Source: Haliotis rubra
Taxonomy: Eukaryota
Assembly: GCF_003918875.1 (NCBI RefSeq)
Contig: NW_025766026.1
Location: 62,001-126,000, forward strand
Length of the DNA stretch: 64,000 nt
Direction of reading: 5' to 3'
Within the stretch, counting starts at the first letter, position 1, and each line of letters starts with the position of its first letter. This document shows positions 1 to 13,050 of this stretch, piece by piece. A program made the position numbers and the translations under genes. The notes under the pieces are model-generated. The model had not been told where the DNA came from. It was given only the letters and a program-made list of their open reading frames with translations, and made no database searches.

Positions 1-600
1 AACTATAAGGTTTTTTAAAATGTTTACCTGAAATGTTTTTCGAGATGTTTTGGAAATGTTTTTAAAAATGTTTTATTCACGTGATTTTGTATGGTTCCAG
101 AAATGTTTTAGAAACATTTTCAAAAACGTTTAACTATAAGGGTTTTAAAATGTTTTTCCTGAAATGTTTTTTTCGAGATGTTTAGGAAATGTTTTTAAAG
201 AATGTTTTATTCACGTGATTTTTGTATGGTTCCAGAAATGTTTTAGAAACATTTTTCAAAAACGTTTAACTATAAGGTTTTTAAAATGTTTTCCTGAAAT
301 GTTTTTTCGAGATGTTTTGGAAATGTTTTAAAAAATGTTTTATTCACGTGATTTTGTATGGTTCCAGAAACGTTTCAGCAATGTTTTTTCTCCAACATTC
401 AGTGAATATATTCCATAAGGTTTTTCTGAAAACGTTTTATAGATGCGATTTGGTATGGGTCTGGAAACGTTTTAATAACATTTCCTTCGAACATATAGTT
501 TAATCTTTTCAGAGCATATAGAATAGCCCTGATAACAATTAGGTGGTGTTTTGTTTAAAACGTAAAACCACTGGAACAAAACGTAGAACACTAACAGTAA
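1..600. repeat. Tandem ~131-136 bp AT-rich array (left arm of a foldback-like element)
   Basis: Unit start aactataagg recurs at 1, 132 and 268; rich in aaatgtttt/aaaacgttt motifs. Confidence 0.8.
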
Positions 601-660
601 ACAATGTACATAACATGTCTGTGGCAAATAGTTAGACATATACATAGGGGCGTGTCTCAC

Positions 661-764
661 TTAGAAACAGCGTTAGAAAGACATATAGATGTCTAGACTC
701 AACCCTTTTACTATATAATAGGGTTGGGTCTATACATCTATATGTCTTTCTAACGCTGTTCTAA
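661..764. repeat. Hairpin MITE-like inverted repeat
   Basis: ttagaaacagcgttagaaagacatatagatgtctagactcaaccct pairs with agggttgggtctatacatctatatgtctttctaacgctgttctaa. Confidence 0.8.
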
Positions 765-2739
765 ACGACACATATATCCCTATGGACATATATAGTTAAT
801 CTTTACAAGGACACCAAAACAGATAAAAGAATGGCAGACTTGTAATCAACAATTTTATTAATAATTCTGGAAACGTGTACACCTTTTCAGTTTGTTTCAT
901 TATCTTCTTCTTTGCTTTTTTGCAGTCATCCATATTTCTGAAATATAGAAAACTTTCAATAATCTTAAGCAGGAACTTGAAATGTGATATTTACTCAAAC
1001 CAAGTGACACTAACCAGGAGACTAAGTCTTCTACCACGTTTTGTACAGACACGTGTTTGGTGGACATGAACACACTATTGGAATGTAATGATTGATATGA
1101 TAATATCCAGAATCGTGCTGAATACCAAAGATGTAGCAAGCACAGAATATCACTTACTGGTCAGAGGCTGGGTACAAAATTACAAATCAAATCTTGCAAT
1201 AAAAAGCCCAAAATATATCAACATGTGTATAGACAATGGTATTTAACAGCTGCACTTACATAATTCACAGCTCCTGGATCATTTGATGTGTTCTCCCATA
1301 AATCCATCATGTGTAACAGTGTGTTTTGTATATCCTGGAATGCTTGTCTCATATTCGCCCTTGCTGCAATGAAAATAACAATGTTTCCACATCACAAGTT
1401 ATAAATTGAACCGTTTTTCCATAAAGCATATAAAGTAGCTCTAGTTAGTCTAAAGCTGAAACATACTATGTAATTGCCTCAAGCTTTTGGTGGGTGCCCA
1501 TTTACAACAAACTTGGATTACTGGCGAGCGTTTCTAGCCCAGAATCCAAACTGGAATTGATTTATTACACATCTATTGTAACTAGCTACATGATTCAAGC
1601 CTTACACGCGGAACAGTTGCAGCTGCAGTACGATTTCGTTGCGAGCATTGTAACCAGATTCTTCAGTTTTCGATCACGATGTTTTCGGTTTCACCGAAAC
1701 ATCATTTCACCAAGAATTGTAACAACTTTATTTGGTCCAACATTTACTAAACTGAGACCACGCCATTTTCACTATGGAATACTGTACCATGAAAAACCCT
1801 AATCAACACGGTTTCAAACGATGTCACTTATATACTGGTGTCAAACCTCGACATTGTTTATATATCCTTTCTGCAAAAGCAATTAGATCAATATTTTTAT
1901 GTAAATCATCACCAAACATTGATCACCTCACTGACAATATATTGTGATAGTCTGTGGCCATACACTGTGGTATAGCAAGTGGCCATACAGTGACAACTCA
2001 TAGCCGAGGACTAGTCATCGCCAACGCCCCGTTATAGTGTAGACCACACGTTTATTTCTGGCTCTTGTCTAGAAGGGAAATACATCTATCCAAAACCGAT
2101 CAATTAATTTGTCTTGGGAAAATTTAAGAATACACAGTGTTAACAGAGTACCTTTAATAAGAGACCATATAATAAATATTATTTATTATATCGTCTCTGC
2201 TTTAGTATAGCACTTGAAAACATGCGGTAATAGTGGACAAACAACAATCCGACAACCCAGCAGATGGTCATTTAACATTTAGTTTAGTCAGTGTTAATTA
2301 ACAAGAATGCGTCTGTCATTTCTGTTAAGAAATAGTTTTTTATAACATACACACACTATGGCAGCCAGTAACTATCCCACAAGTGGATCAGAAACTAATT
2401 TCGAAATTATTTCGATTCCCATTTTCGTGGTACAAAATCGACGCAACTTTCCAACGACTTAAACGAGCAAAATTGTCATAGTTTAAAAAATTGAAAATTA
2501 GCTGCAATGTTAAATTAAGAAAATGTCCTTCAGAAATAACATGGAAAAAATTAACAACGATAAGGGCCACTGGCTTGCGCATACATTTACGATCGAAAAC
2601 CGAACGTAATAGCGGCATTAACCGCCTTACTGAACTCTGCTTGAACACATATTGCTCGCTCTTGATAGCCTAATTATCCTTTTATTTATGTAACATAAAA
2701 TTAATTAGGTACAAACTCTCTTAGACATTCTTCACAACG

Positions 2740-3255
2740 ATATAATATACATGTTTATCCAAAGCGAGCTGAATTCGATGTTCTGGTGATTTCGACGATT
2801 ACATTGCTCGCGCTATATCGGGGGATTACGTTCGCGATCGGAGTGCACAAACAGTTTCACTGGTAGGGCGGATGCAAAAATATCAATATTATTTACCCGA
2901 GATCGTTAATACCACTTCAGATGCAAATCAATTGCCTATATAACCAAATATAGCAAAAAATCTGTAAGATCTGTCGTCTGCTGGTGACAAGCAATATACC
3001 AGATATAAACAGGAAGCCACGTACACGTGAGTACACGTGAGTGATCACAACACTCACTCGCATGGCGGAGCGAAATGTATACAAATCCCAGATGTGGAGA
3101 TGTTTCGCCGATAAGATATCATCAACGCTATTTCTGAAGGAAACACTTGATATTTTTGGTGTGAAATAGATAAATATATCCCTTTTCACTCAAGGTTAGT
3201 AAAATAAAATTACGTTTTTGTCTTACATCGTCGAAAAAACCCTGTCACCGGGATT
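2740..3255 (+). mobile_element. Dispersed ~520 bp repeat, copy 1
   Basis: Reverse complement of 50300-50868 (e.g. ttctggtgatttcgacgatt...cagtttcactggtagggcgg; tttttgtcttacatcgtcgaaaa). Confidence 0.85.
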
Positions 3256-3539
3256 CTCTGTTGGAACACTGAATCACGTTTCTCAAAACCCCGCTACTTT
3301 TGAGTAACACAGTATTTTAATCGAGTGAATATCAAAATGTACATAAACATGAAAATAATGACTGTAAAATTAACTCACCGCAACCGAGGTCACATCGATG
3401 ATCCAGTTCCAGTTGTTGCACCATGAGTCGAATGACAAGGTGGTAGGGTCCTGAATAAACTTCAACTAAGATGGCGGGTGCAAAATTATGACGTGATGGG
3501 TGACGTCATTCCGACGTCATTTCCCGCGGTAACAATAAG

Positions 3540-4860
3540 GCATTGTGTCGCAACATTTTAAAAATGTTATCAAAACGTGTAGGTGTGATATCATTTCAAA
3601 ACCCTTTTAAGAACAAGTCATAATAAAAAACACATTTTAAATGTGATGACAGATCCGGCTAAAACATTTCAGGAACGTTTTAAGGCACTTTAATGACAAG
3701 TCATACATTAGAACATGGCTGAGTGAGATAATTGTTTGTGATTGCAGTGTATGTACTGTTTATGTCACACCAACGTTACAACAGAAACCGTGTTTTAAAA
3801 CGTGATCACAATTAAACATGTTCTTGCACATCATTTCTGCAATGTTTTAAAAACATTTCAATCATATGTTATGAAATAGTTTCACCCATGTTACAGCATG
3901 ACGATTCTGAACAACATTTTGAAAACATTTAAAAAACATTTTCAGTATTTTTGAGATATCACACATTATTTGTATGACTATGTTCTTGCATAATCTCTGC
4001 AGCGTTTTAAAAACATCTCACTAATATGTTGTGAAATGGTTTCAAACACGTTATAGCTTGACGTTTTTGAACAACATTTTGAAAACATTTCAAAAACATT
4101 TTCCCAGTATTTTTGAGAGATTTAGACATTATTCGTATGATATGGCATAAATATGTGCACAATGTTTTTAAAACGTGATGACAATATTTCATTAAACATG
4201 TTCTTGCATAACATTCCTGCAGCGTTTTAAAAACATCTCACTAATATGTTGTGAAATGGTTTCAAACACGTTATAGCATGACGTTTTTGAACAACATTTT
4301 GAAAACATTTCAAAAACATTTTCAGTATTTATGAGAGATTTCGACATTATTTGTATGATACGGCATAAATGTGTGCACAATGTTTTTAAAACGTGATGAC
4401 AATATTTCATTAAACATGTTCTTGCATAACATTCCTGCAGCGTTTTAAAAACATCTCACTAATATGTTGTGAATTAGTTTCAAACACGTTATAGCATGAC
4501 GTTTTTGAACAACATTTTGAAAACATTTCAAAAACATTTTCAGTATTTTTGAAAGATTTAGACATTATTTGTATGATATGTCATAAATGTGTGCACAGTG
4601 TTTTTAAAACGTGATGACAATATTTCATCAAACATGTTCGTGCACAACATTTCTGCAACGTTTTAAAAATATTTCAATGACATGTTATGAAATAGTTTCA
4701 CTCATGTTATAGCATGACGTTTTTGAATAACATTTTAAAACATTTCAATAATATTGTGAAACATTTTTATAACGTTCCAAAACATTTTGACGAAAATGTT
4801 TTTGAAAAACTATTTTGAAACCTTATGAAAATGTTTGGAAAATGTTTTGTGTTAACTGAA
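3540..4860. repeat. Tandem ~218 bp AT-rich array (right arm of a foldback-like element)
   Basis: aaacatgttcttgcataacattcctgcagcg recurs at ~4192, ~4410 and ~4628; unit is related to the reverse complement of the 1-600 array; ends in aatgttttgtgttaactg. Confidence 0.8.
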
Positions 4861-5236
4861 GTGCAGTTATCTATTCTAACAGTGATTTTTAACTCACACC
4901 AACTACATGTAGTTACATAAAATACATTGTCTGTCTGCCTGTCTGTCTGTCTGTCATTGGTCCAATATGTCTCTGTTTCCGTGGGGATGTTACATGTCAC
5001 AAACTCATATCGATGAAAGCATGTCAGATATCAGAGGTGAAATCATTTCAAGGCTCTTTTTTCTGTTTAATAATGTAAAATGAAATCATGGATAGGCTTG
5101 ACTTGCCGTACACAACACCAGGGAGAATATTTTGTTAATGCGCGGCATTTAATCTCCTTAAAACCGACAACGGACACATATACAATATGTGTTTGCAATA
5201 TAAAAGAACAGTGCCAGGCTGCCACCAGGTTCCAGG

Positions 5237-5388
5237 GACTTTTGAAGCTGCAGGCCCTCATTTGCTAATTGTGACATAAAAATAGACATGTAAATTTATT
5301 GCAGGCCACATAGACTTTTGAAGCTGCAGGCCCTCATTTGCTAGTTGTGACATAAAAATAGACATGTAAATTTATTGCAGGCCACATA
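5237..5388. repeat. Two-copy ~76 bp tandem duplication upstream of gene A
   Basis: gacttttgaagctgcaggccctcatttgcta...tgcaggccacata occurs twice. Confidence 0.85.
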
Positions 5389-5515
5389 GGCCCATAACAT
5401 TTTGAATGTACTGTCCCTAGACGAAATCTGTTTGCCAAGGGCTTACAGGCAGGTACTTCTCTCGAACATTTTATACAATAACATGTGGTTGATTAGTGTT
5501 TTACAACATCAGATC

Positions 5516-8500
5516 ATGGAACGAACTTTGACGAAGAAGGATCAGAAACAACTGAACAAATGGATGAACGGAATGAAAGCCTTTGAACTTCTGTACAAGG
5601 CTTCCCGTGATGGTTGTTCCAACACCGCCTTCCACCAGAAGTGTGACAACAAGGGGCCTACAGTCACAGTCTTCTATAACACGTCGGACTGCGTGTTTGG
5701 TGGCTACACCGCGGTCAGCTGGGACTCTGCTAATGCCTACAGGGTCGACCCGACAGCATTCCTGTTCCGTTTGTACTTCAAAGGTTCCAGCAGCCCTAAA
5801 AAATACCCAGCAATAAACGGCACCAATGCAATTTACGGACACGCGACCTATGGCCCTACTTTCGGGGGTGGTCCTGACGTTTACAGTTTCAACGGTACTG
5901 TGGCCTTGAGCGGTGCATCCTTCCCACTCAACGGTTCTTTGGCTCCTGGTGCAAGCTACGCCATGGCGGGAGACAATGCCACATCACTGGCCTGTTCCAG
6001 TCTCGTCTGCTACGACGTGGAAGTCTACAGTGTGAAAGGTGGGTTGGTCAGACACTCTGATGCCAAGAGTTATTGTCGACCAGTGAAGATCCGGGTTAGA
6101 ATACGTTTTCAGCAACTCATGCTTGTCGTCAGAGGTTGATAATGGGATCGGGTGGTCAGTTTCGCTTATGCATGCCATTGTATCTTAGTTACGTAGGTCA
6201 ATGCTCATGACGTCAATCAGTAGATTTCATGGTTCAGACTCCATTATTTGCAGACCGCATTCACATAGCTTTAACATGGCTGAGTGCAGCGTTTAACAAC
6301 AGAGTTATTGTCATAATACAATTTTATACGAGTGATGAGAATTGTGAATTGGTTAATAGTGTGTCATAAGACCCTGGCGTTGTTGATCATTACCCACAAT
6401 ATCAGTAACTGAATTTCTTGGTTCAGACTTGAGTAGGTCCTTCCCGCCGTCATATAGCTGGAATATTGCGGGGGCGAAACAACAAACACGTTAATAGTAA
6501 CTGATATGTTTTGTGTTTTATGAGATGCTTGAAACAAGAACCATAACTTTTGCAGATGGAAGCATTATCAACGACGACCCATGGAGACAACTGACAGAAT
6601 CTAAACCAAAGGTAGATCGCAGTTTTTAGTGACATACGATCACCTTAGTGCTTTGTGAAAGGAGACGCTGTGGTATTCACTTTCTAAGCTGACACTACAG
6701 AGGACCGTTAACACAAACATGATTCAGAGACAAGACATAAATATTGTCACTATTGTTAGGGCATCAGCCCACGTGTTCTGATGGGTGCCTTGAAACAGCC
6801 CCCTTTTTTCACAAATTATCCAGCTCCCATTCTTACATTTGTTAGCCTATCTCCCGGACTTCTTACCTCTATTTTAAAACCAAGACTCGCCCACTCCAGC
6901 CCCGTTTATTTTAGGAACTATATCGCATTTCTTGGACCTGTGAATAAAGTGAATCTAAAATCTGTGATGTGATTTGTTTTAATAATCTATTTTTAATGTT
7001 TCATGTTTTACTACCCCATTTCTAACTTCATCTGTACTCTTATTTACTAATCGTACTTCCCAGTATTATATATTCTTATCATGTATACTGTTTCTGCAAA
7101 AAAAATCCCTCTTCTCACAACTTCCAGTTAACCATTCCTCTTGTAGGTTGTTGTTTGTCTGGATTGTTGTTTAACGCCGCACTCAGCAATGTTCCAGCAA
7201 TATGGCGGCGGTTTGCAAATAATCGAATCTAGACCAGACAATCCAATGATCAACATCAGGAAAAGCGATCTACGGGATATAATCACATGTATAAACCAAG
7301 TCAGAGAGCCTGACCATCCGATCCTGATAGTCACCTCTTGCGACAAACATCGGTTACAGAAGATCATTTCTAAACGGGATCTTCTTGCGTCTTATTCGTT
7401 GTAAAACCTGGGATTAAATTTATACGTTATCTCCCTAATGGGTTTCAAAGTAAAATTAGGTATATAATTCGTGTTTTAAAGGTTAAGTGTACTAAATCGA
7501 AGACACGTTTTTGTTTTATCACCTATCTACAGCCAGATATTCTAACCAGACTAGGGGTAGCAAAATACATTTTAGCCTATAGTGAAAGATATATTTCAAA
7601 CGTCGTAGCGCTTATTTAAACACTAATTTAAAACAAATATTTAGTTGTTCTGACTGTGTATAAAACATAGGAAACATTACTACTTCGACCCTCGTGCATT
7701 TCAAAAGAAACCTTGGGGTCGTTTTTTGTTTGTTTGTTGTTGTTTTTTTGTCTATCATTACAAAATCCCGAAACCTGCAATTATATGCTTGTAAAACTTT
7801 TCCCCCTGTTTTATGACAGGTATAATTATATGGTTTTGGTTGTGGCATGCATGCCATTTTTAATAAGCTATTAAATATCTTACATCTACTGACATCAACG
7901 TTTGTGCTACAGGTTCTGAAATCTGAGATCGAAACATATTCCCCAATCGAGGGGGTGAAGGCAGGACGAGTCAACATTCTATTGGTCGGGGCGGTAGGAG
8001 CCGGTAAGTCCAGCTACTTCAACACCATGAACTCGATCTTCAGAGGTCACGTGACTAGTCAAGCCTGCAGCGGAAGTGCCGAACACAGTCTTACGACACA
8101 TGTGAGCCGTTTTGTAATATTTGTGTGTGAAAGGGTCTGTCTATATAAAGAATATTCTAAGTGCTGGAGAAGAAAGAAATCACAAAAAGAAAAGTTTCCG
8201 TAAACTTCTTCCCTCCTTTGAGCTATTTGAATTCATTTGATGATATGTTATATCAGAGGCTCTAATTCCATATCCCACGCATCTTCACGAGGCAAGGGAG
8301 GTAACTGTGAAAGTAACGTTTCCACGTTTGAGGAGGTAGGCGTTAATGGTGGAGTAATAGTTTTGCTGGACTAATAGTCTATGCATATTCCGATCAAAAT
8401 CGCGAAAACACCTAAAACAAAATTCTCCGTAACTGAAAATGGTAAAAAATGTGTCCCTGATGTCATTCAACTTCAACCTTCAGCATCGCTGGACAGTTGT

Positions 8501-11200
8501 CCTACTTATTAATCAGAACCATCATACTATGAATGCGTTCGATTGACAAATCTGAAATAATGAAAGTACTAGTAGAACTCTGTTAGATGTCATGTAAAAT
8601 GTAAATCATGTGTTCTTTTAAGATTGTTGTTGACATACTTTATTGATGATTCATAGATCTATGAGAAGCGGGACTATTATTAAACCCGTTGCTATATTTA
8701 TATATTTAAATTTTACTTTAAACACATTGCTAGATTTATATCTATTTATCCATTTCACATGAATGAGTATAACAATAACATTGTTTTCAATTAAGGTTTA
8801 TTAGCATATCTCGATAGATCCATGTTTGTGTTAAACACAGGAACCTAGTGTAATGGTACCAATGGCAAGAAACACTGACATTTATTTTCTCTTAGTATCG
8901 GAAGTACAAAGTCCGGTCCTCCGAGACGGGTAAACCACTCAAGTTCCGCCTGTGTGACACACGAGGCCTAGAGGAAGCCCAAGGAATGGACGCGACTGAC
9001 GTGGTTGCCATATTGGATGGACACCTTCCTGACAAGTATATGGTACTTCATGACGCTGTTTAGATCTCGTATCATCGATACAAACCAAAAATGATCATTA
9101 GTGACATGTCTGGTCAAATGCCTTTAAATAAGAATGTATTCCATGTTCGTCCAAATATGTATAACGTAACTCGTTTTAGTGAGAGATCCATGTTGATACG
9201 TGAATTGTACACAAAGAAAGTTTTGGAAGATCGTCCGCTTCAGCTATCGGTACTTCATGCAGATCCATACACGACAGTATGTTTTCGAAGAAAATGCAAC
9301 AGATCCTGTTGTAAGCACATGGTATAGGGTGTCACAGAATCATTTTGTATTAGTACTGTCTTTGATCAACAAATGTTTACTTCCGTGGTTATATCGGATC
9401 ATTCGTCACCACTCGCCCCTTTCCCTAATAGGTATTCGGCATGTCCCGGAGTAACACGAGTGGGTGACGAATGATTACCGATCACAGAAGGCACCCAGTG
9501 ACTCTTATCAAGCTTTGTGACTTGGCTGTTCACACCACACTGTATCCCGGCGCTTCTGATTCTGATGTTATTCGGTCCATAGTCGATTATGTACAGTCTA
9601 TGATGTCTCTGTAATATTGGGGTAAAGCGTCCGCTCGAAACACTGATTTCTGATGTCAACCCGACGTGAATATTGCTAAAGGCGGCGCAAAATCGTACGC
9701 ACTCAATCTTGGGTATTGCATATTGTGGTGTCTAACAGTATGCACGCAGAATGTAGTTGTTTCAAACCTAACTATTATGTTTCCAGTTTAACCCAGCTGT
9801 GTCAATTTCGCCTGACACCCCTGGATACAACAAGTCCCCTGTAACACAGGACAAGATACACTGTGTGGCATTCGTCATGGACGGCTGTTCCGTAGACGTG
9901 TTCCCAGACAAAATTCTGCAGAATATGAAAGCTATACAACAGAAAGCTAATCAGAGAGGTACACAAACTCAAACATTTTAGAACAAACAATCCAAATTAA
10001 CAACAACTTCAGCCAATGAAATTCCAAATTGTTTTGAAGCTGTTGGTTTTGAAACCTACTACCACGTTTGCTACGAGTGACGATCCGGGTTAAAGCTGAT
10101 CTTTAGTAACCTATACTTGTCGTAAGAAGCGACTGACAGGATCGGGTGGTCAGGCAAGCTGACTTGTTTGAAATATGTAATCGTATCCAAACTACGTACA
10201 TCGATGGTCATGATTTCGATCACTGGATTTTCTGGTTGAATCTTGATTATTTACAGGCCGTAAATAGCTGGAATATTGCTGAGCGCGACGTTGAACAACA
10301 AACAAACAAGCATTTTAGATATGTATAGTTGTATACAGTGCATAATCCAGGACCTGGTTAACAACTTTAGCCAATGAGATTTGAAATTCTTTTAAAGTTA
10401 TCCTTAGAATCTACACCCCTTTGCCAGGAGTATGATACATTGATGTATCCTGCTGTCTCACTCTAACATATAAATGGTAATATTTTCAACTGAGAGCAAC
10501 TGGGAAGTTTTACACCTGAATTGTAAGACCTGATTGAAGCGTTTACTCCTTAATTGTAAGACCCAGCTTTTACAGTTGTATTGTACACTATTCTTCTGTA
10601 AATATTAATTCAATGTAACTAAAAGTTACCGTGCTTTCAATTGAAAATTCTTAAACCGGAATCTACCCAGTAGCCTAAAATGTTATGTGTAATGTTTTAA
10701 ACCACTCGCCTGCTTTCATGGAATTCGTTTGATAACGCGACTGCCGCATTGTTTCAATATAAGATATGCTGTCTCATTTTATTTTATTTATTTTTACTTT
10801 GCTTAGAACGAGCAGAAGAATTTTCATCGCTTAGTCAAATCCAGTATTCATTTCTTTATCTTGGTTTCACTAAACTCAACAGGGAGGTAGAAATGAGTTT
10901 TGTTCTGAATCCTTTTCAGGTATACCACAAGTGGTCATCTTGACCAAGGTGGATAAGGCCTGTCCATATGTTGAAGAGGATCCGGGGACCCTGTTCTACA
11001 GCTCTGCAGTCAGTGAACTGGTGGAACAAGTGTCCCAACTCATTGGTCTGCCCCGTGCCCACGTTCTGCCCGTGAAGAACTACGAGAAGGAAATGGAGCT
11101 GGTGGATAACGTGGATGTCCCTGCTTTGATCAGCCTCCGTCAGATGCTGAGATTCGCTGATGACTATCTCTACAACTTCCTGGATGAGGAGGACGATTAG
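5516..11200 (+). CDS. IFI44L: IFI44/IFI44L-like protein, gene A (TLDc + P-loop GTPase-like domain), ~455 aa, 6 coding exons
   Basis: Exons 5516-6038, 6556-6611, 7913-8101, 8896-9042, 9787-9958, 10920-11200 are all GT-AG and phase-compatible, totalling 1368 nt. TLDc motifs LLYKASRDG, FHQKCDNKGPT, FGGYT, YGPTFGGG; linker DPWR; G1 GAVGAGKS; G3 LCDTRG; IHCVAFV; G4 LTKVD; VKNYEKE. Symbol is family-level, not an orthology claim. Confidence 0.92.
6080..6300 (+). mobile_element. SINE family 2 copy (gtgaagatccgggttagaa... head)
   Basis: Matches copies at 19199, 26689 and 59287. Confidence 0.8.
7160..7385 (-). mobile_element. SINE family 2 copy
   Basis: Reverse complement of the family 2 consensus, including the gctgagtgcggcgttaaac tail. 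Confidence 0.8.
10075..10310 (+). mobile_element. SINE family 2 copy
   Basis: gatcgggtggtcagg core and gctggaatattgctgag tail followed by (caaa)n. Confidence 0.8.
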
Positions 11201-12189
11201 AACTTATTGATGTCTTTGTTCAACGCAGGGTAGGAGGAGGGTGATGGGGACCATGTGGAGAAACACACTGAACACAGTTAAGATGAGCAATTGCTAATCA
11301 TGACAGGCGGTAAATATGCAATGATAATATGAAAATGGAGTATCCAGGCATTATACCATCAACTGATTTAGGAAAGAAACCCAACCCGTCACACCTTGGG
11401 TGTTCCTGGAGAAAGGGCTGTGTGTCCAACTTCACCTCTCCTCTGCTGACAGATTGGGACGATGGGATGGCTTCACCGAAGTCTCTTTGAATCGTTGATC
11501 CATCGTTGAACCATCGAACTGAGCAACCGAAAAGTTGCTAAGACATGCGATAAGGCAATCTACTCTGTTGTTACTTTTTGTTATATCTTGCTTATGATAT
11601 TGGTTTGTGGTTAGCTATAAAATACGGTTCGACTGGCTATTGATGTTTAGTTTCAGAGAGGGCTACAGTATTCATAAAGTACAGAAAACTCTACAAGTAC
11701 TTATAAATATGTCCAATGTTTTGTGCAAAACGGATGTGTGGAATGTGGTGTATGATATAAATTGGAACATGTTCCGACAAATGAACTACACGTTTTCAAT
11801 GTAACACAAATAAAGAGATGTCTGATAAGAAGTGTTGGATGGGCCCTTCATTCGAACACTTGGTGTCATGATCAGTACTATAGTCTCTAAATTAAATGTA
11901 AAAAGGTGGTGTTTTTTCGTTTGTCTTTCTTATATTTGTCGGACTGCCTGAACTCTTGCATTGATATCAGTTTGTATAACCCATTAAGCTTCGACATTTT
12001 CCAGTTTGGTATATTGTGACAGGCTATCAGAAATATTGTATCATTCCTGTTAATGGATTGTTCAGTTGTACACTTGATTATCTGATAAACTTTCACAATG
12101 TGACTGAACAGTATACTCGCATATGGCATTACTGTTGTTAGATCATGTAATGTAATGGAGGGAAGGAAGTGTGTGTTTTGCTTTGTTTT

Positions 12190-12387
12190 CTTTGTAGTTC
12201 AACGGCAATAAGCAATGCTCTAGCTATATGGTGCCGGCCTGTAAATAACCCAGTGATCAACATCAAAAAGCATCGATCTACGCAATGGGGATACGATGAC
12301 ATGTGTCACCCAAGTCAGTGAGCCTGATCACCCGATCCAATTAGCATGTGTTGCTGGAGACGTATTCTAACCTGGATCGTCACGGGA
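12190..12387 (-). mobile_element. SINE family 2 copy
   Basis: gcctgatcacccgatcc...ttctaacctggatcgtcacggg. Confidence 0.75.
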
Positions 12388-12892
12388 AGGGTGACTCCAT
12401 AGGTGTGGTAGGGTAGGTACAGAACTTCAAATCAAAATACTAAAAATCCATTCTACATACTAATAACTAGATGCCGATAGTAATTTTAGTACTAATTAGT
12501 AATCTTAATACTAATCTTAATACTGATGCTAAATGTGACACTGAATACTATCTACACTATATGCGTTTATATACTAACAGCTGTATGCCAATATTAATAC
12601 AGTTGTCACATAGTCATGGAACCTGTGGCTGCCACTATGCATTATTAAATGTGTATTGTTCATGTCCATATACTGCTCTACAGCATTACCCTACTTAATA
12701 TTATGATCTTGAGTTGGATACAACTGTTTCTTTTCTTTTCGCTTTATTCTCTAAGCCAGATTACACACACATTTTCAGCGACAGGATCTTGTGACACTTC
12801 CAAGCGAGCGTGTCAGAGCTTTCTTATCAGCCAATGGACCTGAAAGCTTCTAAGTTTTCCTTACTAAGTTTCCGTATAGTTTATAGATTATG

Positions 12893-13050
12893 GGGGCGGT
12901 GGGGTAGCCTAGTGGTTAAAGCGTTGGCTTGTCACGCCGAAGGCCCGGGTTCGAATCCCCACATGGGTACAATGTGTGAAGCCCATTTCTGGTGTCCCCC
13001 GCCGTGATGTAGCTGGAATATTGCTAAAAGCGGCGTAAAACCAAACTCAG
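12893..13050 (+). mobile_element. tRNA-derived SINE family 1, full length with TSD
   Basis: A box (tagcctagtggt) and B box (ggttcgaatcc); flanked by direct repeat ttatagattatg. Confidence 0.9.

Noticed and set aside
5402-5515. N-terminal extension of gene A in the ORF track
   Set aside because: It starts at a non-ATG codon, and a splice acceptor lies just before the ATG at 5516, as in the paralogs.
12893-12965. tRNA gene
   Set aside because: The tRNA-like head continues into a SINE body and tail with a TSD, and many diverged copies are present.
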